A stretch of DNA of 64,000 nucleotides from an uncultured delta proteobacterium (GTDB lineage Bacteria; Myxococcota_A; Polyangia; Polyangiales; Polyangiaceae). The DNA lies in the NCBI GenBank assembly GCA_963782055.1, contig CAWAIF010000003.1, forward strand, positions 4,224,001-4,288,000, given 5' to 3'. Of this stretch, positions 35,065 through 44,578 are shown in pieces. Position numbers and translations under genes: made by a program. Under the pieces are notes generated by a model. It was given only the letters and a program-made list of their open reading frames with translations. It was not told the DNA's origin and did not search any database. The first letter of the stretch is position 1, and each line of letters opens with the position of its first letter.

Positions 35065-36261
35065 CTACTTCTTCTTCGGGGCCGGCTTCGGACCGGGCTT
35101 GCCGTGAACACCCGGCTTGCCGTGAGCGCCCGGCTTGCCATGGCCGTGAGCGCCCGGCTTGCCGCGGTCGCCCGGCTTGCCGTGGTGCATGCCTGGCGGC
35201 GGCGGCAGGAACTGATGCGCGAACTCCGCGCCGCTGCCGAACGTCCCGGCCCACGCGACCTTGCCGTCCTTGATCTTGAACAGCTCGGCCAGGTGGATGG
35301 TGCCGCTCTTGTTGCTCGCCTTCACCGGGCCCATCGGCCCCTTCATCGTGCCGGTGAGCTCCACCTCGGACACCACCCAGTCGCCGACCGGCGTCACCGT
35401 GGTCGGCGTGAGCTTGATGTCCGGGAACATCTTGGTCATGCGCGTCCACGCCTTCTTGGCGGCGTCCTTGCCGGTCGCGTCGGCGGCCTGCGTGTAGTCC
35501 GCTTCCACCACCTTGTCGGAGAGGCCCGCGAGGTACGCCTTCTCGTCCTTCTTCTCGAAGGACGCGTACCAGGCCTTGATGGCGTCGGCGTTCTTCGCCT
35601 CGTCCGGCGTGTCCTTCGCGGCCACCGCCTCCACCTCGGCGGTGGGGATCGGCTCGAGGCCGCGCGCCTTCATCTTGGGGTTCCCCTTCCCCAGCTGGTG
35701 CATCATCGTCAGGTGGTCCATGTACAGGTGCTGCTTGGAGATCAGCCCGTCGTCGTTGAACCACATGATGTCGAGGACGAACTGGCCGACCTTCTTGCCG
35801 GTGGCCTTCCCGCCCATGAACTCGCCGGTGTTCGTGCCGCTCACGAACGTCTCCTCGGCGACCATGTTGCCCTTCGTGAAGACGCGCAGCGACTTCACCC
35901 GCACATCGGGGAACGCCTTGAAGTACGCGTCCATGTCCTTCTGGATCTCGTCCTTCTTGCTCTCCTTCCACCCCATGAAGCCGGGCTCCGCCATCACGCC
36001 GTCGGGCGCGTAGAGCGCGGCGACCTTCGCGGCGTCGTGCGCCTTCCAGGCGGCGTCCATGTCCACCATCGTCTTCTTGATGAGGTCCGCCAGCGGGGCC
36101 TTGGGTGTGGCGGCGGGCGCCGCGGATGCCGAAGCGGTGGGCGCCGGCGTCGTCGCGGTGGGTGCCGCAGACGCGGCGGTGGTCACCGGCTGGGCCTCCT
36201 TCGCCCCGCCGCCGCACCCCACTGCCAGAAGAACGATTCCTCCCAACCACAGATTACGCAT
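35065..36261 (-). CDS. Lipoprotein with tandem SnoaL/ester-cyclase (NTF2-like) domains
   Basis: Lipobox AVGC, two AFPD/MFPD..GT.TG..ATGK-type repeats, HGKPG tail. Confidence 0.8.
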   Translation of the reverse strand: MRNLWLGGIVLLAVGCGGGAKEAQPVTTAASAAPTATTPAPTASASAAPAATPKAPLADLIKKTMVDMDAAWKAHDAAKVAALYAPDGVMAEPGFMGWKESKKDEIQKDMDAYFKAFPDVRVKSLRVFTKGNMVAEETFVSGTNTGEFMGGKATGKKVGQFVLDIMWFNDDGLISKQHLYMDHLTMMHQLGKGNPKMKARGLEPIPTAEVEAVAAKDTPDEAKNADAIKAWYASFEKKDEKAYLAGLSDKVVEADYTQAADATGKDAAKKAWTRMTKMFPDIKLTPTTVTPVGDWVVSEVELTGTMKGPMGPVKASNKSGTIHLAELFKIKDGKVAWAGTFGSGAEFAHQFLPPPPGMHHGKPGDRGKPGAHGHGKPGAHGKPGVHGKPGPKPAPKKK

Positions 36262-36601
36262 TGTCGACCTCGTTTTGGGGTCCGGGGGTAGGCCCCCGTT
36301 CTCGGGCGCCGTTCCGGACCACTACGTGGGGCGATGGCGTCTATCAGAACCGTGGCCCTGTCAACGGTCGTCTCGCCGGCGGCGTACCGACTGGACGGAT
36401 TGTCACCGCCCCGCATAGCGCCCGGGTCTCTCGGCCCCGCCCCTCCCTCCGCCTCCTCCCCCTGTCCCGGGACACCCCCCCAGGCCACCCATGCCACCCA
36501 CGTTTCGACGCCAGGTCATTAGCAAGCACTCGAAAGGGCCTCGAAACGTAGGGGGGGCGGGGAGGGAGAAGGGGGGCACGGGGTGTGCAGTGGGGGAGGG
36601 G

Positions 36602-37108
36602 ATGGATGCCATCATGTTCGGGCTCAAGCGGGCCTATCAGTCGACGCTCACCCTCGGGCGCGCCATTTGCTCCAAGTTTGCGTCGGGGCTCACGCCGGCG
36701 CGGCTGGACATGATGTACGCGGTTCACGACAACGCGATGAACTACGTGACGCAGATGAAGCTGCGCCGGCTGCTCGGGGTGTCGCGGCCGACGGTCAGTC
36801 GCATGTTGAAATCGCTCGAGGAGCTGGGATGGGTGGAGCGCGGCCCGGGGCCGCACCTGGACAGGCGGACCCGCAAGGTGCGGCTCACCGAGCGGGGCGT
36901 CGCGCTGCTCAAGCGCGTGCTCGCCGCCGTCCTCGCCACCGACATGGTGAAGTTCATCGTCGACACCTCGCTCTCGATGGGGAGGTTCTGGGACGCCGGC
37001 CGCTGTCTGGTGGAGCGCGACCGCACCGAGGGCATCCTGCGGCGCATACGGCACGACTTCGGCGACACCGCGAGCATCGAGTACCCGTGGGACCACCCCG
37101 ACGACTGA
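36602..37108 (+). CDS. MarR-family transcriptional regulator
   Basis: LGVSRPTVSRMLKSLEELGWVER..DRRTRKVRLTERG. Confidence 0.85.
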   Translation: MDAIMFGLKRAYQSTLTLGRAICSKFASGLTPARLDMMYAVHDNAMNYVTQMKLRRLLGVSRPTVSRMLKSLEELGWVERGPGPHLDRRTRKVRLTERGVALLKRVLAAVLATDMVKFIVDTSLSMGRFWDAGRCLVERDRTEGILRRIRHDFGDTASIEYPWDHPDD

Positions 37109-37145
37109 CGCGGCGCACGGCCGCGCAACGTCAGGTGCCCGGGCG

Positions 37146-39137
37146 TCAATGCTGGGCGATGCGCTGATCGCAGGGCTTGGCGTTCTCGTCCTGACCCCGG
37201 CCGGGGATGCGAGTGGGATCCTCGTTCATCGCGCGGCCCGCCCGCTCGATCTTGTTGACGATGAGCCGGTCCAGGTTGCCGGAGGTGTAGTCGCTCTGCG
37301 TACCCCCACAGCTCGCGACCGGGTCGCCGCCACCCGTCGACTGGGGGCCAGCCCCGCCGCGCAGGACGAACATCTCGGTGCCCCCGGTGTACTGCGCGAT
37401 CTGCCGGAAGACGACCTGGCCGAGCTCGTCCATGCCGGAGGCCGCGATGGTGTAGACCTGCACGCCGGCGTGCGCGGCGGCCTGCGCGTCACGCGCGTAG
37501 CCAGGCTCGTCCTTGTAGTCGAGGTGCGGCGGCGCATCACCGATGACGAAGAGCAGACGCGCGCTCGCATCCGGACGCCACGCGAGGCCGGTGAGCGCGT
37601 CGTGGATGCCGCGGTTGACGTCCTCCGGCATGTCGCCGCCGCCGCCGGCCGAGAGCGCCGACACGATGCCGGTGAAGCGCTGCACATCGCCGGTCATGCC
37701 GAAGACGCGCGTGACGTAGGCGTCGCTGCGATCGCGGTACTCCACGAGCCCCACGTGCACGCCGGTGAGCGAGGCGGCCACGCGGCGCAGCGTCGCCTGC
37801 ACGGCCGTGATCTCCTCGCCCATCGATCCCGTCGTATCCAGCGCGAAGGCCACGTCCACGCTGGCGCCGCCGAGATCGCGCGGCTCCTTGCCGTCGAGCA
37901 GCACGACGCCGTCCGCCGTGGCGGCGGAGAACTGCGCGCTCGCCACATTGCCGCCGCATCGCGCGGTGGCAGCGAGCTTGTCGCCGCGCAGGCCCTCGGC
38001 GCGCGGAAAGAGGAGGGCGCGCCCGCTCGCCATGGTCTTGAGCGTGGTGGTCTTGCCCGACGCGTCCGCCACCGTGACCGCGCAGTTGGGAATGGGCTTC
38101 CCCTTCACGTCGCGCACCACGAGGAACTGCCGGTGCGTCACGTCGAGCGGCGTGATGCCGAGACCGCGGGAGGAGGCCAGCAGCTTCTGGAACTCGCTGT
38201 AGTTGGCGTTGTCGTCCCACTCGCCGGCGCGTACCGGACCGCTGGCGAAGTGCCCGCGAGGCCCGCCGCCTGACCGGCCGAAGCCGGTGGCGGCCGCGCC
38301 CGCGCCGTGGCCGATGGTGCCCACGGCGCCCAGCCCGATGCCCTCTCCGTGCCCGCCGCCGCCCTCGCCCGTCGCGCCGGCGACGCCCAGGCTGCCCGAC
38401 CCGAACGCGTCGGCCGCGCTGCTGCCCGACAGCAATCCCTTCGCGGCCTTCTTGGCGCCGTCTCCGTCACCGAGTGGGTCTGCCTTCACCCCGGTCGCGC
38501 CGATGGCCGAGACCAGGCCGATCACGCCCCACTCCGACGCTTCGCGATGACCCACCCCGCGCTCCGTCCTGGCGTCGGCCACTGCGTCCGCGTGGCGATG
38601 TCCCGCGGCGGAGGGGTCCACGCCTCCTTCCTCACCCTTCGCGCGAGCGCCGGTGCTCGTGGCCTCCCCGGCCACCGCCGACGTGGACCTGCGCGCGGAC
38701 GCCGCGGCGCCGTCGCCGTCGATCGCGCCGGAGCGACCACCCTCGTCCGCGCGGGAGGCGACCAGGTAGTGCCGCATCAGCTCCAGGTGGTCCCGCGCCT
38801 CCGCCGACTCGTCCCGCGGCGCCTGGCTGGCCGCGACCAGCGCACCCGTGTGCGCGGCGAGCGACGCGGTGATCAGCCCGAGCAGCGGGAGCACATCCAC
38901 GATGCGCCCCGCCCGCGCGAAGCCCTCCGCCCGGCACACCGCCAGCGTGAGGTCCCCGCTCCGTACGACCCCCTGCCCTGCCCCCTCGAATCCCGCGGGA
39001 ACGCACACCACCCCCCGCTCGTCCACCACGCGATCCCCGCCCGCGCCAGCCAGCACGTCACCCAGCCGCACCGGCGTGCGCAGGCGTCCGGAGAAGAGCA
39101 CCGAGTCGTTCCACGTCGCGACCACGTCAACCAGCAT
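37146..39137 (-). CDS. Membrane-anchored von Willebrand factor A domain protein
   Basis: DVAFALDTTGSM (MIDAS), GGGDMPED, IGDAPPH; Gly-rich GEGIGLGAVGTIGHGAG linker. Confidence 0.8.
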   Translation of the reverse strand: MLVDVVATWNDSVLFSGRLRTPVRLGDVLAGAGGDRVVDERGVVCVPAGFEGAGQGVVRSGDLTLAVCRAEGFARAGRIVDVLPLLGLITASLAAHTGALVAASQAPRDESAEARDHLELMRHYLVASRADEGGRSGAIDGDGAAASARRSTSAVAGEATSTGARAKGEEGGVDPSAAGHRHADAVADARTERGVGHREASEWGVIGLVSAIGATGVKADPLGDGDGAKKAAKGLLSGSSAADAFGSGSLGVAGATGEGGGGHGEGIGLGAVGTIGHGAGAAATGFGRSGGGPRGHFASGPVRAGEWDDNANYSEFQKLLASSRGLGITPLDVTHRQFLVVRDVKGKPIPNCAVTVADASGKTTTLKTMASGRALLFPRAEGLRGDKLAATARCGGNVASAQFSAATADGVVLLDGKEPRDLGGASVDVAFALDTTGSMGEEITAVQATLRRVAASLTGVHVGLVEYRDRSDAYVTRVFGMTGDVQRFTGIVSALSAGGGGDMPEDVNRGIHDALTGLAWRPDASARLLFVIGDAPPHLDYKDEPGYARDAQAAAHAGVQVYTIAASGMDELGQVVFRQIAQYTGGTEMFVLRGGAGPQSTGGGDPVASCGGTQSDYTSGNLDRLIVNKIERAGRAMNEDPTRIPGRGQDENAKPCDQRIAQH

Positions 39138-39178
39138 GTCGGATGGACAGTACCGGGCATCCGAAGGTTCCGCAGACC

Positions 39179-40162
39179 TCAGGACATGAAGATCCCCGCC
39201 ACCGCGTCCCGCGCGGCGGCGAAGCGCTCCTCCCAGGTGCCACGCACCACCAGCACCTGCCGCCCGCGCGCCGCGAGCTCCGCGAGGCCCCGCGCGTGGA
39301 ACTCCGCGCGGTCGGCCGGACGGTAGCGCACCGGGTCGGGGACGAAGGGCACGTCCACGTCGGGCACGATCGTCAGATCATAGCGGAGCGCGTCCGCCTC
39401 CTCGCGCACCCAGGCCGGGCACGACCCGAACAGCAGCTCCGACCACATCACGGTGGCCAGCACGTCGGTGTCGCAGACCAGCACCCGGTTCGCGAGGCGC
39501 GCCAGCGCCTCCTCCGACGCGAGCTGCCCCCGCGCGATGCGCTCCATGTCTTCCGCCTCCATAGCCCCGCCGCGTGGCTCCAGCAACGTGCGCGCGTACT
39601 CCGGCACCGCCACCGTGCCCAGCTCCTCCGCCAGCCGGCGCGCCAGCGTCGTCTTGCCCGTCGACTCCGCGCCGAACACGCACACCCGCTTGACGAAATA
39701 CGGCCGCACGCACCCCGGCAGGAACCGCCAGTGCGTCCACGGGTCCTGACGGATCGCCGTCGCGCTCACGGGCACCACCTCTCGCGCGACGTCGACCGGC
39801 ACCCACTCCGCCCCGAGCTCCGCCGCCAGCCGCTCCCCGTACGGCTCCGACGCGAACACGACGTCCGGCGGCGCGGGCAGCACCCGCAGCAGGCTCTCCC
39901 GCCAGATCTCCCAGAAGCGCGGGTGCTCGTGCGGCTCCTGCGGGTTCTCGTCGGTGAGGTGCACCACGCGCGCGTCGGGGAACAGCTCGCGCATCCACCC
40001 GAAGCGCAGCGCCCCCGGGATGGGCTCCCGCGCGAGCGTCCCCACCACCACCGTGAGGTCGTCGACGTACGCCCGCGCGAAGTCCACCAGGTGCACGTGC
40101 CCCGCGTGCGGCGGCATGAACTTGCCGAGCACCATCCCGCGACCGCGCCGGCGCCCGCTCAT
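39179..40162 (-). CDS. nadR: NadR-type NMN adenylyltransferase / ribosylnicotinamide kinase (no HTH)
   Basis: GKFMPPHAGH (HxGH), VFASEPYG, VSATAIR, FGAESTGKTTL (P-loop), VPEYAR, VCDTD. Confidence 0.88.
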   Translation of the reverse strand: MSGRRRGRGMVLGKFMPPHAGHVHLVDFARAYVDDLTVVVGTLAREPIPGALRFGWMRELFPDARVVHLTDENPQEPHEHPRFWEIWRESLLRVLPAPPDVVFASEPYGERLAAELGAEWVPVDVAREVVPVSATAIRQDPWTHWRFLPGCVRPYFVKRVCVFGAESTGKTTLARRLAEELGTVAVPEYARTLLEPRGGAMEAEDMERIARGQLASEEALARLANRVLVCDTDVLATVMWSELLFGSCPAWVREEADALRYDLTIVPDVDVPFVPDPVRYRPADRAEFHARGLAELAARGRQVLVVRGTWEERFAAARDAVAGIFMS

Positions 40163-43026
40163 GCGGCCCCCAGCGCGCGGCGCACGTAGAGCCGCAGCAG
40201 CTCCGGCGACGCCTCCGGACACACGATGCCGCTGCCGGCCAGCGCGGCGATGGCGCGCTCCGTCCCGAACGTCGCGCCCGTCGCCTGGAACAGGTCCACC
40301 GTGCGGTAGCGCTCGGGACGCGCCCCCGAGAGCGCGCGGCCCAGCGCCACGAACGCCGCGGCGTCCTCCTCGGCCTCGCCGCGCCGCAGCGCCGCCACCC
40401 GCGCGCGCCACGCCGCTTCCCCCACCGCGCGGGCGGGCGCGCCCTCCGCCGCCATCGCCGCGAGCAGCGCGTCGAGCGTCGCCCCGTGAGGGCTCGCCAC
40501 GTGCAGCGCGCACGTCCCCGCCGGCGGCGCCGCGACCACGTGCGCCACCGCGGCCGCGGCGAAGTCCACCGGCGTCACGTCGAAGCGCAGCCCCGCGCGC
40601 AGCGCCGCCGCCGGCACGCACCCCGCGCGCGCGGTGCCCCGCACGAACATCCCGAGCAGGTCTCGCGCCGGCGCGTGACCCGTGCGCGAGTCCCCGGTCA
40701 CCAGCCCGAGGCGATGCACCACGACCGGGCCCAGCCGCGCCCCCGCCGCGCGCGCGACCTCCTCCGCCCCCCACTTGCTCTGGGCGTAGCCGCCGTGCAC
40801 CGCGCGCGCCTCGCGCAGGTCGTCGTCCTCCACGTGCGCGCCGCGCGGACAATCGCTCGCCACGAACACCGAGAGCGTCGAGACGTGGTGCAGGCGCTTC
40901 GGCCGGCCCTCAGCGAGCAGCCGCGCCACCTCCGCCGTGCCGCCCACGTTCGCCGCGCGCAGGCGCTCGTACGGCCACACGAGGTGCACCACCGCGCCGG
41001 CGTGCACGATGGCGTCCACCTCGCGCGCCGCCGCCGACCACTCCGCCTCGCGCAGCCCGAGTCGCGGGCGCTCCAGGTCCCCGACCAGCACGCCCAGCCG
41101 CGCGCGCTGCTCCGCCCCCGGCGTCATGCCGTGCGCGGCCATCGCGGCGAGCACCCGGTCGCGCGCGTGCGACGCGTCGCGCCCGCGCGCCAGGCAGCGC
41201 ACCCGCGCGCCCGTCCGGTCGAGGAGCGTGGCCACCAGCCGCGCGCCGAAGAAGCCCGTCGCGCCCGTCACCAGCACCGTGCCCGGCGCGCCCGCCGTCG
41301 CCGCGCGGAACGCGCCCGTGCGAAGAGGCCCCATCGCCCGCGCCGCGTCGCGCCGCAGCTCCTGCGCGCCGCGCGCGTCGTCCGATCGCGCGCGCAGCAT
41401 CGCGCGCGCCGTGCGCCCCTCGACGATGGCGGGCGGCGAGACGATCAGACCTCGCGCCTCCGCCGCCGCGGCGAGCTCCAGCACCGCCATCGAGTCGGCG
41501 CCCAGGGCGAAGAAGTCCGCCTCCGGGTCCACCGCCGCGAGGCGCAGCACCTCGGCGATCGCCGCGCACAGCGCGACCTCCGCGGGATCCCGCGGCGTCG
41601 TGGTCGCCGGCAGCGCTTCGCCCGCCGCCGGCCGCAGGTCCACCAGACGCGGCAGGTCCACCTTCCCCGCCGGGGTGCGCGGCAGCGCCTCGCACGCCAC
41701 CCACCGCGCCGGCACCATCCACGCCGGCAGCGTCGCGCCGAGGTGCTCGCGCAGCGCCTCCGCGGGCGCCTCGCCCGCGACGAAGGCGGTGAGCACCCGC
41801 CCCTCGGGCACCACCGCGCACTCCCGCACCGCGGGGTGCTCCAGCAGCTTCGCCTCGATCTCCTCCGGCTCCACCCGCCGGCCGGCGAGCTTCACCTGCC
41901 GGTCCAGCCGCCCGAGAAACACCGGCCCCGCCGCCCCGCGCCGCACCCGGTCGCCGGTGCGGTACCAGCGCTCGCCCTCGCGCACGACGAAGCGCCCGGC
42001 GGTGAGCTCCGGGCGCAGCAGGTAGCCGCGCGCCAGACCGGGTCCGGCAATCCACAGCTCGCCCTCCTCCCCCTCCGCGACCTCCCGCAGCGCGCGGTCG
42101 ACCACCTCGAGGCGCGCGCCGCCGATCGCCTCCCCCAGCCGCGGCTCGTTCCAGGTCGTGTCGCACACGCACCCGCTGGCGCAGATGGTCGCCTCCGTGG
42201 GCCCGTAGACGTTGACCACGCGCACCCGCGCGGCGAGCCGGCGCACCGCGTCCGGCGGACACACCTCGCCCCCCACCACGATCGACCGCAGCCCCGGCGG
42301 AAGCGCGCACCGCGCAAGCAGCGCCGCCACCGCCGGCGGCAGATCGGCGTGAGTGACGCCCAGCTCCCCCATCCGCCGCGCGAGCGCCGCGGGCGCCAGC
42401 TCGCCCGCCCCCCCGTCGATCACCAGCGTGCCGCCCGCGAGCAGCACCGTCCCCACGTCGGAGATGGAGGCGTCGAAGCCGGGCGAGAGCACCCAGAGCG
42501 CCCGCGTCGAGGCGTCGACGCCGAAGAGGCGCACCTGATCGTCGAGCACCCCGAGCAGGCCCCGATGCTCCACCAGCACCCCCTTCGGCGCGCCGCTCGT
42601 TCCGGAGGTGTAGACCACGTAGGCGAGGTCGCCGTCCGCCCCCACCTCGTTGCCCGCCGCCTCGTGCGGCGCCCCGTCCGGACCCGCCGCGCCACGCATG
42701 CGCATCCACGCCGCGTCGATGACCGCGCCCGCCCGCGCGTCCTGCAGCATCCAGCGCGCCCGCGCCTCCGGCAGCGCACAGTCCACCGGCAAGAACGCGG
42801 CGCGCGCGTACCAGGCGCCGAGCATGGCCGCCACCAGGTCCGCCGAGCGCGGCAGTCGCAGCGCCACCACGTCCTCTCTCCCCGCGCCGACCGCGCGCAG
42901 GCCCACCGCCACCGCGAGCGCGCGCCGCCGCAGCTCGGCGTAGCTCACCCGCACGCCGTCCTGCTCCACGGCCGCGAGCGCGCCGCGCTCCCGCGCCACG
43001 GCCTCGAAGCGCGCGACGAAGGTCAC
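40159..43026 (-). CDS. NRPS-like adenylation-thiolation-thioester reductase (A-T-R)
   Basis: A domain: LAYVVYTSGTSGAPKGV, FDAS, YGPTE, YRTGD, PAGKVD. T domain: FFALGADS. R domain: VTGATGFFG, GYAQSKW. Confidence 0.92.
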   Translation of the reverse strand: MTFVARFEAVARERGALAAVEQDGVRVSYAELRRRALAVAVGLRAVGAGREDVVALRLPRSADLVAAMLGAWYARAAFLPVDCALPEARARWMLQDARAGAVIDAAWMRMRGAAGPDGAPHEAAGNEVGADGDLAYVVYTSGTSGAPKGVLVEHRGLLGVLDDQVRLFGVDASTRALWVLSPGFDASISDVGTVLLAGGTLVIDGGAGELAPAALARRMGELGVTHADLPPAVAALLARCALPPGLRSIVVGGEVCPPDAVRRLAARVRVVNVYGPTEATICASGCVCDTTWNEPRLGEAIGGARLEVVDRALREVAEGEEGELWIAGPGLARGYLLRPELTAGRFVVREGERWYRTGDRVRRGAAGPVFLGRLDRQVKLAGRRVEPEEIEAKLLEHPAVRECAVVPEGRVLTAFVAGEAPAEALREHLGATLPAWMVPARWVACEALPRTPAGKVDLPRLVDLRPAAGEALPATTTPRDPAEVALCAAIAEVLRLAAVDPEADFFALGADSMAVLELAAAAEARGLIVSPPAIVEGRTARAMLRARSDDARGAQELRRDAARAMGPLRTGAFRAATAGAPGTVLVTGATGFFGARLVATLLDRTGARVRCLARGRDASHARDRVLAAMAAHGMTPGAEQRARLGVLVGDLERPRLGLREAEWSAAAREVDAIVHAGAVVHLVWPYERLRAANVGGTAEVARLLAEGRPKRLHHVSTLSVFVASDCPRGAHVEDDDLREARAVHGGYAQSKWGAEEVARAAGARLGPVVVHRLGLVTGDSRTGHAPARDLLGMFVRGTARAGCVPAAALRAGLRFDVTPVDFAAAAVAHVVAAPPAGTCALHVASPHGATLDALLAAMAAEGAPARAVGEAAWRARVAALRRGEAEEDAAAFVALGRALSGARPERYRTVDLFQATGATFGTERAIAALAGSGIVCPEASPELLRLYVRRALGAA

Positions 43027-43817
43027 CGCGGCACCTCGTAGTCCTCCAGCGTGGAGCCGCGCGAGCGGTTGTCCTCGTCCGGCGCGCCCAGGCCCGCGGC
43101 GTGATCCCCCAGGTGGACCACGCGCACGTCGATCGAGAAGCGCGTCCGCCCGCTGTCGTGGGCGCGCGTGGCGTGCAGATGCGCGGCGGAGAAGAGCACC
43201 AGCTCCCCCGCGCTTGCGGCGATGGGCATCCCCTCGTCGGGCGGCGACCCGAGCAGCCGCGGGTAGGGCGCGTCCGGAGCGGGCCGCGGGTTCTGGAAGC
43301 CCACACCGGCGCGCCACGCCGCGTAGTCGAAGGACGCCGAGTCGTTGGGCACCGCGCACCCGAAGGCGCCCGTGTGGATCACGAACGTCTCCTCCGCCCG
43401 CGCGTCGAGGAGCGGCGTCCACACGTTGATCTGCGCGCGCGGGTTGGCGTACCAGGTGTCGCGGTGCGCGTGGTAGGCCGGCGCCGCGGCCGCCACGCGA
43501 TGCCCGCCGCTCGGCACGACGCGCAGGCGCGGCGTGTCCACCGCGTGCTCCGCCGGGTCGATCCCGGCGGCCACCAGCGCCGCACGCACCGCCTCGCGCA
43601 CCTGCGCGTCCGCCGCGATCTCCCCCCGCAGCGCGGTGACGCGCTCGAACAGCGCGGCAGGCGAGAGGCGCTCGTGCACCGTCGAGAGCGGCAGCGCCCC
43701 GGAGAAGGCGCGCTCCGCCCGCGCCACCAGCAGCTCCGCGAGCGCCCGGCTCTGCGCCGACGCCGCGACGCGCACCACCTCCCCGCGGTAGAGCGCTCGC
43801 CGCCGCTCGGCGCTCAC
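43023..43817 (-). CDS. Putative Fe(II)/2-oxoglutarate (PhyH-like) dioxygenase
   Basis: HRDTWY (HxD), INVWTPL, distal FSAAHLH, RFSIDVR. Confidence 0.65.
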   Translation of the reverse strand: MSAERRRALYRGEVVRVAASAQSRALAELLVARAERAFSGALPLSTVHERLSPAALFERVTALRGEIAADAQVREAVRAALVAAGIDPAEHAVDTPRLRVVPSGGHRVAAAAPAYHAHRDTWYANPRAQINVWTPLLDARAEETFVIHTGAFGCAVPNDSASFDYAAWRAGVGFQNPRPAPDAPYPRLLGSPPDEGMPIAASAGELVLFSAAHLHATRAHDSGRTRFSIDVRVVHLGDHAAGLGAPDEDNRSRGSTLEDYEVPR

Positions 43818-44578
43818 GACGGCCTCCGCGCCAGCGCGATGCACCGCTCGCTCTCCAGCGTCAGCGGCTCGCACCGCAGGCTCCCGGCGAGCTCCACCTC
43901 CCCGAACCCCGCCTCCTCCAGCAGCCGCACGATCTCGTGCGGGGCGTAGAGCCGGGTGGAGCCGCGCCGCGCGATCCGCTCGCCCGAGGGCATCTCGTAG
44001 GTCCAGGTCTGGTCCAGCGTGCCGCGCCGCAGGTCGAGCGAGGACTCGCGCACCACCCGCACCTCCCCCGCAGGCACGACGTGGCGCGAGATCATCACCG
44101 GCGCGAAGCGCGCGAGCACGCCGGGCACGTTGGGGTAGTCCAGCGCGAAGCAGCCGCCGGGGCGCAGCGAGTCGTGCGCGGCCCGCAGCATCGCCACGTT
44201 ACGCGCGTCGCTCTCGGCGTGGCCGAAGCTCGTCGCCCAGTTGAAGGCGCCGTCGCAGGGCTCGGGCGCCACGAAGCGCTCGGCGTCGCCGTGGGCGATC
44301 GCGCAGCGGACCCCCGCGTCCCCCGCCGCCGCGCGCGCCCGCCGCACGTACTCCGCCGACTGGTCCACGCCCACGACGAAGACGCCTCGCCGCGCGAGCG
44401 GCACCGCCAGCCGCCCGACGCCGCAGCCCTGATCGAGCACGCGCGAGCCCGCGCCCGCGCCGAGCACCCCCACCAGGAAGGCGACCGTCGCGTCCACCGT
44501 CTCGGCGTGGAGCGTCTCCAGGACCACGTCGGCGAACACGTCGTCGTAGAACGCCGGCCACCAGTCCCGCGCGTTCAC
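43814..44578 (-). CDS. Class I SAM-dependent methyltransferase
   Basis: RVLDQGCGVGR, VGVDQS, TSFGH, LRPGG. Confidence 0.9.
   Translation of the reverse strand: MNARDWWPAFYDDVFADVVLETLHAETVDATVAFLVGVLGAGAGSRVLDQGCGVGRLAVPLARRGVFVVGVDQSAEYVRRARAAAGDAGVRCAIAHGDAERFVAPEPCDGAFNWATSFGHAESDARNVAMLRAAHDSLRPGGCFALDYPNVPGVLARFAPVMISRHVVPAGEVRVVRESSLDLRRGTLDQTWTYEMPSGERIARRGSTRLYAPHEIVRLLEEAGFGEVELAGSLRCEPLTLESERCIALARRPS

Noticed and set aside
40159..43026. Lys2-type lysine biosynthesis or a multi-module NRPS
   Set aside because: There is no condensation domain, and no alpha-aminoadipate pathway genes are adjacent. The substrate cannot be assigned by eye.
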